Shown in pieces: positions 10,311 to 19,091 of a stretch of DNA of 64,000 nucleotides. The stretch covers positions 38,417-102,416 of the IMG/VR virus record IMGVR_UViG_3300035498_000575. One strand, written 5' to 3'. The notes beneath the pieces were generated by a model that saw only the letters and a list, made by a program, of their open reading frames with translations, was not told the DNA's origin and ran no database searches. A program made the translations under genes and the position numbers. The DNA is from a virus. Taxonomy: Duplodnaviria; Caudoviricetes. Position 1 is the first letter of the stretch. Each line of letters opens with the position of its first letter.

Positions 10311-11304
10311 CTTGTTTCAATATTAAATTTTCAATTCGACTATATCCTTCATTTGCTATCACTTTAGCGGCATTCACATCCCTGTCATGTATTTCACCAC
10401 ACACAGGACAAATGTATCTTCTTATTGTACACATGTCATGTATGTTGTAAGGCATATCCATTTTCATCTCATCGAGTACTGTAATCCAACCGTTATTGAT
10501 ATTCTTACGTCTCTTTTTAACCGTAGTTAATCTTAGCTTAGGAATTTTGAACTCTTCGTCAGCTAGCAGATTGTATTGGTCTATGACTATATTGCTTCTT
10601 TGAGTTGCTAAATCGTATGATTTAGCAGTATGTTTATTTTGTAGTGTACCTGTAATTGCAGAATTTACTGTATGTATACAGTTGTTGTATCTGGTCACGT
10701 TTCTTAAAAGAGTATGGTCTAAGTCAAGGAAGTTAGCACCATCAACCATTTGACTTTTTGTAAAAACTTCCATTGTATGGTTGCATCTATATGTACTAAT
10801 ATATCCATAATCTAGTTGTATGCAACCAATTTCTTTCTCTTTACAAATAGATATTATATAGTCTTGTAGCCAGTCAATCACCCTTCCAATTATTTGAGCA
10901 TCAACCCAGTATCTGTACTTTTCTCTTGAGTTAATGTCATCTCTGTCAATATTGTCCATTAGTTGTTTTTCTAAACATATAGCGTGTTCTATGACTAGAA
11001 CTTTAATTTCATTCTCCTCTAGAATATTTTCAAGCTCCTTTTTCAATTGATCTTTTCTTTGGTTAATCATATTGATTATATTTCTTTCGACATCACTTCT
11101 ACATTTTTCTGATGGGTACACAACGACTCCGTTTATTATATCGGCAGCGTTTTGTGTCCAAGTTACTGTATGCATGAAGTCTTGAGAAAACACCAGTTTT
11201 TGTGTCATCTTGCCATATAACGACAATGGCCTACTGAATGTTATAGGTGACGTCTTACCAACATCAATGCCTATTACATAATTAAATAGTTCATCAGTTT
11301 TCAT
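10294..11304 (-). CDS. TnpB-derived RuvC/Zn-ribbon protein lacking the N-terminal REC/WED lobe
   Basis: RuvC-I VIGIDVG at aa 10-16, RuvC-II VLVIEH, YISTYRCNH, and RRYICPVCGEIHDRDVNAAKVI. GGAGG RBS. Confidence 0.8.
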   Translation of the reverse strand: MKTDELFNYVIGIDVGKTSPITFSRPLSLYGKMTQKLVFSQDFMHTVTWTQNAADIINGVVVYPSEKCRSDVERNIINMINQRKDQLKKELENILEENEIKVLVIEHAICLEKQLMDNIDRDDINSREKYRYWVDAQIIGRVIDWLQDYIISICKEKEIGCIQLDYGYISTYRCNHTMEVFTKSQMVDGANFLDLDHTLLRNVTRYNNCIHTVNSAITGTLQNKHTAKSYDLATQRSNIVIDQYNLLADEEFKIPKLRLTTVKKRRKNINNGWITVLDEMKMDMPYNIHDMCTIRRYICPVCGEIHDRDVNAAKVIANEGYSRIENLILKQEEARP

Positions 11305-11336
11305 TTATTATTACCTCCAATATATTTTATTTAGTA

Positions 11337-11362
11337 GTCCTGTAGGATGTAGCCTACAGGAC
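11337..11362 (-). terminator. Hairpin upstream of the TnpB-like gene
   Basis: GTCCTGTAGG-atgtag-CCTACAGGAC. Confidence 0.55.
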
Positions 11363-11380
11363 GATTAAGTGATTTGACAA

Positions 11381-11737
11381 CTAATATGACGTTTTTATTA
11401 TATCGGTCGGAATAAGATTGTCAGCATCGTTAGTACAATACAGGAAATCTGATAAATAATCTGAATGGTGAATGCTTTTATACAATTCGTCCTCAGGGTT
11501 ATAGACAGCCGATATAAATGATTTGACTTCATCAGGTTTAAACTTATGTAATGCTGCTAAGATGGCAGCAACAATTTCAGCATCAGACTTTGATGTTAAT
11601 ATCATTGTGTTGACAACATTGTTGATGTAATCCATCTGTGAGATATCATCTAATTGTCCTATTAAACGGTAGCAATCATATGATACCCATTTTATAATAT
11701 TACGTTCATATCTCTTCTTAATCAATAATTCTATCAT
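11381..11737 (-). CDS. Hypothetical protein (early operon)
   Basis: 118-aa ORF with AGGAG RBS. Confidence 0.7.
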   Translation of the reverse strand: MIELLIKKRYERNIIKWVSYDCYRLIGQLDDISQMDYINNVVNTMILTSKSDAEIVAAILAALHKFKPDEVKSFISAVYNPEDELYKSIHHSDYLSDFLYCTNDADNLIPTDIIKTSY

Positions 11738-11766
11738 GTTTATCAGCTCCTTCTTTAGTTTAAGAG

Positions 11767-12153
11767 TTATAACATATCATTCGTTAAACCTCTAAGGTTC
11801 ACCACATCCTCTTTCTTAGATTCTAATAAATCCAATGTCATTAATACTGCTGTTCTCTCCGAATTGGTTAGGTTGTCTTTTAACAATGCACTTACGTGAG
11901 ATATAGCATTATTGATATCAACCTCAACTTCTTCAGCGAATTCAATAGCGTTTTTAATTTCGTCTGCGGTAACGAATAAAGAGTTTATAACACTTATTTG
12001 TTTGTTAGGGTAGTTATAAACTACCCTTTCTTTTTCTTTTACAACAGGTTTTACGTAACCGTAAACTCGGTTATACCATCCTATACAATCATCTTTGTCG
12101 TATGACCAAGCTTCTATTTCGTTATACCTGTCATAAATGACATATACCTTCAT
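11767..12153 (-). CDS. Hypothetical protein (early operon)
   Basis: 128-aa ORF with AGGAGG RBS. Confidence 0.7.
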   Translation of the reverse strand: MKVYVIYDRYNEIEAWSYDKDDCIGWYNRVYGYVKPVVKEKERVVYNYPNKQISVINSLFVTADEIKNAIEFAEEVEVDINNAISHVSALLKDNLTNSERTAVLMTLDLLESKKEDVVNLRGLTNDML

Positions 12154-12173
12154 ATATTTATACCCTCCTAAAG

Positions 12174-12590
12174 TTATTCGTTTAGTTGTAAAGATATAGT
12201 TTTTAAGATGATAGCATATACCTCAAGGTCGTAAGGTGGGATTATCCTACAAGCCATTTCACGTTCAAGTGATGTGAATATAGCATCTGCTACCATCATA
12301 CTTTCACCAGTAAACTTACCAAGCAATAATGCCAGTCTTTCACTAGTCTTTATCTTATTGTATGGTAAGTTTGTTATTTTATTATTTTTGAAGTTATTGA
12401 TTATCTCATCGTACTCCTTAATAATACCGGCTTTATACCTTTTTAATTCACGTCTTTTCATCCCATATGTGTCTTTGTCATTCCAAAACTGTCGTTCTAT
12501 ATTCTCAACATCAGATATGAATCTGTTCTTGATTTTAGAACTTTGGTCGTTTTTGTCTTGCTTATTTTTTGAATTAGAAAATAACACCAT
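12174..12590 (-). CDS. Hypothetical protein (early operon)
   Basis: ATG 12590 follows GGAGGT; early motif 46 nt upstream. Confidence 0.7.
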   Translation of the reverse strand: MVLFSNSKNKQDKNDQSSKIKNRFISDVENIERQFWNDKDTYGMKRRELKRYKAGIIKEYDEIINNFKNNKITNLPYNKIKTSERLALLLGKFTGESMMVADAIFTSLEREMACRIIPPYDLEVYAIILKTISLQLNE

Positions 12591-12635
12591 ATTATTTACC
12601 TCCATTTATGGTCTTAGTTTATACGCTTGCATAAA

Positions 12636-12649
12636 TATAATATATAATT
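12636..12649 (-). promoter_or_regulatory. Early-type promoter motif AATTATATATTATA
   Basis: Exact 14-mer upstream of a minus-strand operon. Confidence 0.7.
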
Positions 12650-12742
12650 AAATTTATTCTTTTTAAACTATGAGAAAAACGGTGTGAAATAAATGACATT
12701 ACATTTAAATAACCAAAAAAATATTGAAGGGATGATGCTAAA

Positions 12743-15700
12743 ATGGCACAAAGTATAGAGAAGTTACCGTTTAATACAGGTATGATAAGAAAATACACAC
12801 TCCCTATTTCTAGTTCACCTGACGTTACACGCGGTAGAGGTGTATTATTGTTTTTGACAGGAGATGATATTAATTCTAACATATCTACTATTAATGGTAA
12901 GTCCAATATCTATGATTATGGTAATACGTATAAAAGATACTATTTACCTGTAAGAATAAGAGGTAAGCTTGCTACTAAGACGATTAATTATTACGATCCA
13001 ACAACTCGTAAGAACACATACAAGTTAATTAAAAAGGCGTGTCCAAAAATAAAGGAAACACCGATAATGCCTCTTGAAAATACTAACCAGTTGATAAATT
13101 GTTATTTTGACATGTCGACTTATATAGGTATTTATAATCGTATATGTTTAAAGATGAATATAATGAGAAAGATCTCACTCTACTGGAGTTTTATGGATTT
13201 AGTATGGCATTCACCTCAGACCAATAAGTATCCAGTTAAGTACGTCCTAATAGATCTAAAGAATTTTGGTCCATGGACAGGAGACCCTAAAGTTGATATA
13301 TCTAACCCATCATATTTGATATACCATACACTATACAGATTTAAATCAGTGATACCCGATTCCTTGAAGGATTTGACATTCGTTTTATATTCTGATACAG
13401 CTGTGTTAAAAGTAAATATGGTAGACTTACGTGACATAGATAATGGTGCAATGATCTACAGAAGAGAGGTTAAGAAAGTACTAAGAACTTGCCCTCAGAA
13501 ATCTATTACAGTAGATGCAACTTCTGAAGAAGCTAATATCATATACGATGAGATTAAATCTCATTTGGCTCAACGATATAAGTTTATCGGTGATGCTGAA
13601 AACGATGATAATACTGAGTCAATCAAGGTGTCTAATGAATACGAATCTGAAGAAGATCCTATGGATGTTCAGTTAAATAAAATAGACAATAAAGTTGAAA
13701 AGATAACTGCTGAGATTCTATCTGAGGTAGACGATGAGAATATTGATGATAAAGTTGGATATGTTGATACTGTAATTGAAGATAGGATAAATGATGATAA
13801 GGAACTCATTCAAACTATGTATTCAGTTACGCAGAAACAAAAGTGCCCAACTAAGCCATTGTCATCTGCAAGAGATGCTGAACTACGTAAGAAACAGTCA
13901 GATATTAAAGTATCTGGTATGACGCTATCAGATCTTAACCAGATAAAGAGTAGTGATATAAAAATACCAGTTAATGATGTTAGTGCGAGCCTAAATACAT
14001 CAAATAAAAATTTCTCTGAGGTTAAATTCTCGAACTTTGAAAAAGAGTACAATAACAAAGTAATGAAGCATGATATAATGAATGCATTCGAATCTTTGAA
14101 TGACAAGTCGATACCTATGTATATCAGAGATATTAAGGTTGAGGATACATCAACGCCTATAGACTATAAGGAAACTTATACCATCATGTTTGAGGATGCA
14201 AATAGACAACGTCATACAGTTAAAGTGGATATACCCAAGTTTATTGACGATAAGTTCATGTGGTTAGGAAGTAATAAGAAGATCATTGAAAAGCAAGACT
14301 TTTTGTATCCAGTTGTTAAGGTAGACCCAATCACGGTACAAATAGTTACTAATTACAACAAGATGTTTGTAGGAAGATATGATAAGAAGAATAATGCATC
14401 TGTTGAAAGACTTCTATCGATTATTAAAAAGAATGAGTCTTATGCAAAGTATTTTACTGTAGGTAACACATATAATGCAAATACATCGTATGTTACTACA
14501 ATTGAATTAGACCAATTAGCTACATTATTTACAAACGTAAATATGGGAGACCTAATGCTTAATTTTAATCTACCCGAAGCAGCAGCTAAGGCTACAACCA
14601 AACCTGAAAGCGGCAAACTATATATAGGAACTGAAAAGGGGAAACCTGTAATAGTAGATAGCTCTACAGGTAGATGTGTTGACGGTAGAAGTATTGTGGA
14701 TACCATTGTGGATAATATGCCTGATGAAATGAGAAATGATTATTTAAAGACAAAATCACCAAAGAGGGTTACGTATACTACAGTAACTATAATGTCTCAA
14801 ACTATACCATTTATTGTCTTACTATCATATTGGGAAGGCTTAACGACAGTAATGAAGAAGGCAAAAATAAACTACGAAATAGTAGATAAACGTCCATCAT
14901 TAAGCGCTCGTCAAAACTACATCCAATTTAGTGATTGTTTTTTAGTGTATGACGATTCACTAGGCAGCGGATTATTGATGAATGGCTTAAAGATATTAGA
15001 TACAGAGAACTACCCAATAACTGAATTTGATGAAGCAGAACCTTACATTAATTATTTTATCAAGGTTTATGGAAAGAGTGCTATAACAGGTGCGTTAATA
15101 AACGCATATGAGTTTACTATAGATCCAATCACTAAAGAAGTATTACGTGACATTGGTCTACCAGAAGATCTTGTTGAATTGTGTATATATGCTAATAACT
15201 TACTAGCCGATAACGCTTACACGTTTGAGGGTGACCAGAGATTGTACCGTATAAGATCAAATGAAATTATAGCAGCTATTTTATATAAGGAAATAAGTAA
15301 TAAGTATGTCACCTACAGAAATAGTGGTGGTAAGAAGAGATTCTCTATTCCTCGAGACGCGGTTATTAAGACGTTGTTAGCACAAGAAAATGTTAAGGAT
15401 TACTCTACTCTAAATCCGGGAACAGAGTTGACTGAGAGCAGAGTTTTGACATGTAAAGGCTTTAAGGGATCTAACGTACAAGAAGCTTATAACCTAAAAA
15501 GACGTTCTTACCCTAATTCTATGCTAGGTGTATCAGCGATATCAACACCATCTGATGGTAATGTTGGTGTAACTAAACACATGGCTCTAGAACCTACTGT
15601 TACTAATGTCAGAGGTTACTGTGATCTAAAGTATCAAGATCCTGATAGTTTAAAGGACGTAAACTTACTATCGCCTGATGAGCTAATGTATCCTATAGCT

Positions 15701-16924
15701 GGTTCACATGATGACCCAACACGTATATGTATGGCTAGTAAGCAAACAAACCATATCGTTCCTACAACTAAAATGCAGTCAGCATTAATTTGTAATGGTA
15801 TGGAAGAAGCAGTTAGATTTAACCTATCAACCGATTATGTTGTTAATGCTAAAATGGATGGAAAAGTCATAGAGGTTGATGATAAGAATAAGATGATTGT
15901 AGTTGAGTATAAAGATGGCACACACCAAGTGCTTGATTTAAGTTCTAACATTGTAAAAAACGGTGGTGGCGGTTTCTTTATGAACAACAAGAAGATTTCT
16001 AACTTGAAGGTTGGAGATAAGTTTAAGAAAAACGATTTATTAGCTTGGCACGAGGGATTTTTCACTAACGATGAAATAAACGGACCTAGACTAAAAATCG
16101 GCTCTCTACAGAAAGTTGCTATTACCACCTCTTATGCAACATATGAAGATAGTACTTTCATTACCGATAAGCTGGCACACGACTGTGCTACATCAATGAC
16201 GTTTAGAAAAGACATAGTTATTGGTAAGAACTCCAACCTAGAATATATCATTAAGGTCGGTGATCATGTTGAAGTAGGAGATACACTTCTTCAATTTGAT
16301 ACATCCTATGAAGATAGTGAACTAAATAAACTCCTTAAAAATATTGGTGAAGACTTGCAGGAAGAAGTTCTTGAAAATAGTAAAAACAATGTCAAGAGTA
16401 AATATGCTGGAGAAGTTGTTGATATCAAAATATATTCACCGGTTCCATTGGAAGAGCTTAGTCCTAGTCTACAAAAATTAGTGGGTAACTATTATAAAGG
16501 TAATAAGTCAAAATATAATAAGATAAAATCATATGCAACTGATGAAGAAAAAAAATCAGTATATGCGTGCGGTGTTTTAATGACTGATCCTGTGGATAAA
16601 GTAGAACCTAATAGATTTGGGGTAATCCGTGGTGAGAAAGTTGGCACTGACAACATCAAGATAGAAGTTTATATTGAACACGGTGATGTAATGGGTGTAG
16701 GTGATAAACTTGCCTATTTTGCAGCACTTAAGGGAACTATTGGTGAAGTTATTCCAAAAGGATTGGAACCCTATACAACTACTCGTCCTGACGAACAAGT
16801 AAGTGCTACCATTGCATCAAATAGTATATTGAAGCGTATGGTTCCTAGTATTATACTTAACGTGTTAGGTAATAAAGTTTTAGTTGAGTTAAAGCGTAAG
16901 CTTAAGGAAATATACGAGTCATAA
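12743..16924 (+). CDS. Virion RNA polymerase beta-like subunit (phiKZ gp178-type)
   Basis: Beta motifs STPSDGNVG, DDPTRICMASKQ, YEDS, GDKLAYFAALKGTIG, KRM. Lacks the beta C-terminal RFGE region and has a long N-terminal extension. Near-consensus late promoter at 12700-12711. Confidence 0.88.
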   Translation: MAQSIEKLPFNTGMIRKYTLPISSSPDVTRGRGVLLFLTGDDINSNISTINGKSNIYDYGNTYKRYYLPVRIRGKLATKTINYYDPTTRKNTYKLIKKACPKIKETPIMPLENTNQLINCYFDMSTYIGIYNRICLKMNIMRKISLYWSFMDLVWHSPQTNKYPVKYVLIDLKNFGPWTGDPKVDISNPSYLIYHTLYRFKSVIPDSLKDLTFVLYSDTAVLKVNMVDLRDIDNGAMIYRREVKKVLRTCPQKSITVDATSEEANIIYDEIKSHLAQRYKFIGDAENDDNTESIKVSNEYESEEDPMDVQLNKIDNKVEKITAEILSEVDDENIDDKVGYVDTVIEDRINDDKELIQTMYSVTQKQKCPTKPLSSARDAELRKKQSDIKVSGMTLSDLNQIKSSDIKIPVNDVSASLNTSNKNFSEVKFSNFEKEYNNKVMKHDIMNAFESLNDKSIPMYIRDIKVEDTSTPIDYKETYTIMFEDANRQRHTVKVDIPKFIDDKFMWLGSNKKIIEKQDFLYPVVKVDPITVQIVTNYNKMFVGRYDKKNNASVERLLSIIKKNESYAKYFTVGNTYNANTSYVTTIELDQLATLFTNVNMGDLMLNFNLPEAAAKATTKPESGKLYIGTEKGKPVIVDSSTGRCVDGRSIVDTIVDNMPDEMRNDYLKTKSPKRVTYTTVTIMSQTIPFIVLLSYWEGLTTVMKKAKINYEIVDKRPSLSARQNYIQFSDCFLVYDDSLGSGLLMNGLKILDTENYPITEFDEAEPYINYFIKVYGKSAITGALINAYEFTIDPITKEVLRDIGLPEDLVELCIYANNLLADNAYTFEGDQRLYRIRSNEIIAAILYKEISNKYVTYRNSGGKKRFSIPRDAVIKTLLAQENVKDYSTLNPGTELTESRVLTCKGFKGSNVQEAYNLKRRSYPNSMLGVSAISTPSDGNVGVTKHMALEPTVTNVRGYCDLKYQDPDSLKDVNLLSPDELMYPIAGSHDDPTRICMASKQTNHIVPTTKMQSALICNGMEEAVRFNLSTDYVVNAKMDGKVIEVDDKNKMIVVEYKDGTHQVLDLSSNIVKNGGGGFFMNNKKISNLKVGDKFKKNDLLAWHEGFFTNDEINGPRLKIGSLQKVAITTSYATYEDSTFITDKLAHDCATSMTFRKDIVIGKNSNLEYIIKVGDHVEVGDTLLQFDTSYEDSELNKLLKNIGEDLQEEVLENSKNNVKSKYAGEVVDIKIYSPVPLEELSPSLQKLVGNYYKGNKSKYNKIKSYATDEEKKSVYACGVLMTDPVDKVEPNRFGVIRGEKVGTDNIKIEVYIEHGDVMGVGDKLAYFAALKGTIGEVIPKGLEPYTTTRPDEQVSATIASNSILKRMVPSIILNVLGNKVLVELKRKLKEIYES

Positions 16925-16930
16925 CAAAGA

Positions 16931-16962
16931 AAAAATGAAGTTCCAAACGGAACTTCATTTTT
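16931..16962. terminator. Bidirectional terminator
   Basis: AAAAATGAAGTTCC-aaac-GGAACTTCATTTTT between convergent genes. Confidence 0.8.
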
Positions 16963-16977
16963 ATATAGTTATTGTTT

Positions 16978-17448
16978 TTATTCTTCTTCATCATTGATAG
17001 GTTCAACTATCGGATTAATAGCGACATCCTCTGTACCATCTTCTATATCTGCATCATATTCGAATTCTGGAACCGCATCTGTGTTTGAATTGTCGTTATC
17101 TATAGACAATTCTACAGGTTGTTCGGGTTGCTCAAAAATTCTAACACAGAATTCATGCTCTACAATATTGACTAGCTTTTGACATAGAAACCTAGGCAAA
17201 ACCATATTTGTACTGTCGAATTCAAGCGCAGTGTATCGTTCTCCATCTTCCTTTTCAGTATTAAATTGCTCTATGCAATTATCAATGATTGCTGCACCGG
17301 ATATGTGATATATATCGTCTTCACTGTATGTATCGATGCCCTGTTCAGAAGTATCCTTTTTTATTAGCTCTGATAATTCATCGGCTGCACCTCTTAGCTG
17401 TCTTAGTGCTTCATTAGCCTCATCGATATTAGTAAACATAATCTTCAT
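16978..17448 (-). CDS. Acidic hypothetical protein
   Basis: ATG 17448 follows GGAGGT. Confidence 0.7.
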   Translation of the reverse strand: MKIMFTNIDEANEALRQLRGAADELSELIKKDTSEQGIDTYSEDDIYHISGAAIIDNCIEQFNTEKEDGERYTALEFDSTNMVLPRFLCQKLVNIVEHEFCVRIFEQPEQPVELSIDNDNSNTDAVPEFEYDADIEDGTEDVAINPIVEPINDEEE

Positions 17449-17482
17449 AGCAATTACCTCCAAAAAAAAATAAATTTATAAA

Positions 17483-17512
17483 TTACCAACCGCTAGTAAC
17501 AGCGGTTGGTAA
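17483..17512 (-). terminator. Hairpin terminator
   Basis: TTACCAACCGCT-agtaac-AGCGGTTGGTAA after the 17526-18017 gene. Confidence 0.65.
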
Positions 17513-17525
17513 AATATTATGTGTT

Positions 17526-18017
17526 TTATTGAATATCAATACGCTTCTTTAGATAAGATGGACAACCGCTAGATGCCTTTAGCTTCTTATGCTTGCCCAT
17601 TAGTGTGTGATATTCTGTTACATTACCATCCTTGTCCTTTAACTTGGATGTCTTCTCAACTTCTTCCTTTGTCTCGAGTTCGATACCGCCCTTGAAGTCA
17701 TATCTAGGGAGGAAGTTGAACTTGTTACCATCGTCCATGTACTCGTAAACAGCTGTAGCGATAAATTCGTATAGACCGTCTACGTTAGTAAATTGGAACT
17801 CAGGTTCCATGACCTTCTGAGCTTCAAACTTGTCAACACCAAACTTTTCAAGAAGCTTCTTACAGAATCCTCTAAAGCCTTCTGTTACAGCTACTTCCTT
17901 GATGGTGTAACCCTCAGCCTTCATCTTGGATGCTTCTGCAACCTCTACCTTGAATGCTGGGTCGTTGATAATCTTCTTAATGGTTTCGTTGAAACCTTCT
18001 CTTGAAAATCTACTCAT
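17526..18017 (-). CDS. Hypothetical protein, probably highly expressed early protein
   Basis: GGAGG RBS, AAG/TTC/AAC-biased codons, own promoter and terminator. Confidence 0.7.
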   Translation of the reverse strand: MSRFSREGFNETIKKIINDPAFKVEVAEASKMKAEGYTIKEVAVTEGFRGFCKKLLEKFGVDKFEAQKVMEPEFQFTNVDGLYEFIATAVYEYMDDGNKFNFLPRYDFKGGIELETKEEVEKTSKLKDKDGNVTEYHTLMGKHKKLKASSGCPSYLKKRIDIQ

Positions 18018-18135
18018 ATTTTTATACCTCCATAAAATCTGTGGATGAATAGTTTAGTAATATAAGTTATCCACGGAACTTAAATTACTTTATTGTTTAT
18101 GCGAATTAAAATTCTATTAAACCTTAATTCTCGTT

Positions 18136-18149
18136 TATAATATATAATT
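18136..18149 (-). promoter_or_regulatory. Early-type promoter motif
   Basis: Exact AATTATATATTATA. Confidence 0.65.
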
Positions 18150-18159
18150 GAATCACGTT

Positions 18160-18771
18160 TTAGAATTCTTCTTCGTCATCAAGAAGAATACGCAACTCGT
18201 TTAGAGCTTTGTATAACTTACTGGTATCTCTGTCGTTTTTATCTTCGTTAGAAAATCTGTCATTATTTGTTTGATTGTTTTTGTCTTTTATCATGTTAGT
18301 ATAATACTCGACAGCCAGCTTATCGCAACGTTCATTTTCTGGGTGTCCATCGTGACCTTTAATCCAGATGAACTTAGCTTTGTGTTGTTTTAGCAAACCT
18401 GATAGTTCCTTCCATAGATTCTCATTCTTTACAGGTTGGCCTGTCCATTTCTTCCAGTCATTCTTTTCCCAACTATATAACCATCTCTTGTTAATTGCGT
18501 TTGTTACGTATTGGGAATCGCTGAATACCTTTATGCTATCAAATGACAATCCTTCTTCTCTCATGAGTTTACCAACAAGTTTTAAACCTTTTATAACACC
18601 GGATAATTCCATTTGGTTATTAGTGGTGTTCATGAAACCGTTAACATAAACAATTTCTTTGTCTTTTATCTCGTTGTCTGTATCATCGATTATTTTTAGT
18701 ATAGTCGCGAATGCTCCCGGACCGGGATTTTTGCTGCAAGCACCGTCACTGTAGATTTCTACTCTCATCAT
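18160..18771 (-). CDS. rnhA: Ribonuclease HI
   Basis: IYSDGACSKNPGPG, TTNNQMEL, SDSQYV, WIKGH, NERCDKLA. Confidence 0.95.
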   Translation of the reverse strand: MMRVEIYSDGACSKNPGPGAFATILKIIDDTDNEIKDKEIVYVNGFMNTTNNQMELSGVIKGLKLVGKLMREEGLSFDSIKVFSDSQYVTNAINKRWLYSWEKNDWKKWTGQPVKNENLWKELSGLLKQHKAKFIWIKGHDGHPENERCDKLAVEYYTNMIKDKNNQTNNDRFSNEDKNDRDTSKLYKALNELRILLDDEEEF

Positions 18772-18782
18772 TATACCTCCTA

Positions 18783-18947
18783 TTATTTGGATAGACGTTT
18801 ATCTATCTTTTCTTGGTCTATACCTTTTTCTTTAAGTAATGTAACCACTATGGTATCTAACGCTTTATAATTACCGTCAGCAGTCATGTGGTTTTTGACC
18901 GTTTTGAACGCTCTGCGTCCTCTCTCAATGTCATCTTTCTTACTCAT
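18783..18947 (-). CDS. Small basic hypothetical protein (54 aa)
   Basis: ATG 18947 follows GGAGGT; coupled to rnhA. Confidence 0.65.
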   Translation of the reverse strand: MSKKDDIERGRRAFKTVKNHMTADGNYKALDTIVVTLLKEKGIDQEKIDKRLSK

Positions 18948-18991
18948 GATAATTACCTCCAATTGTATTTTAGTATTATTCATACCGCATT

Positions 18992-19005
18992 TATAATATA
19001 TAATT
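18992..19005 (-). promoter_or_regulatory. Early-type promoter motif
   Basis: Exact AATTATATATTATA, 45 nt from the ATG. Confidence 0.7.
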
Positions 19006-19047
19006 GTACCGATTTTTTGCAAAAATACAGCTGAAAGGTAAGGTGAA

Positions 19048-19059
19048 AACAATATATTA
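19048..19059 (+). promoter_or_regulatory. Late promoter AACA-N6-TA
   Basis: AACA-ATATAT-TA upstream of the tape measure gene. Confidence 0.7.
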
Positions 19060-19091
19060 AAAATCAGATTAAATTCGAAAGGAGAATTTAT

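Noticed and set aside
10200-11380. Intact IS200/IS605 or IS607 element, or a CRISPR-Cas12f locus
   Set aside because: No transposase, no paired ends, and no repeat-spacer array seen here or elsewhere in the window.
12743-16924. Bacterial rpoB or a chromosomal origin of the window
   Set aside because: The beta subunits are highly divergent, split and duplicated, lie among tail and baseplate genes, and have no ribosomal-protein operon context.
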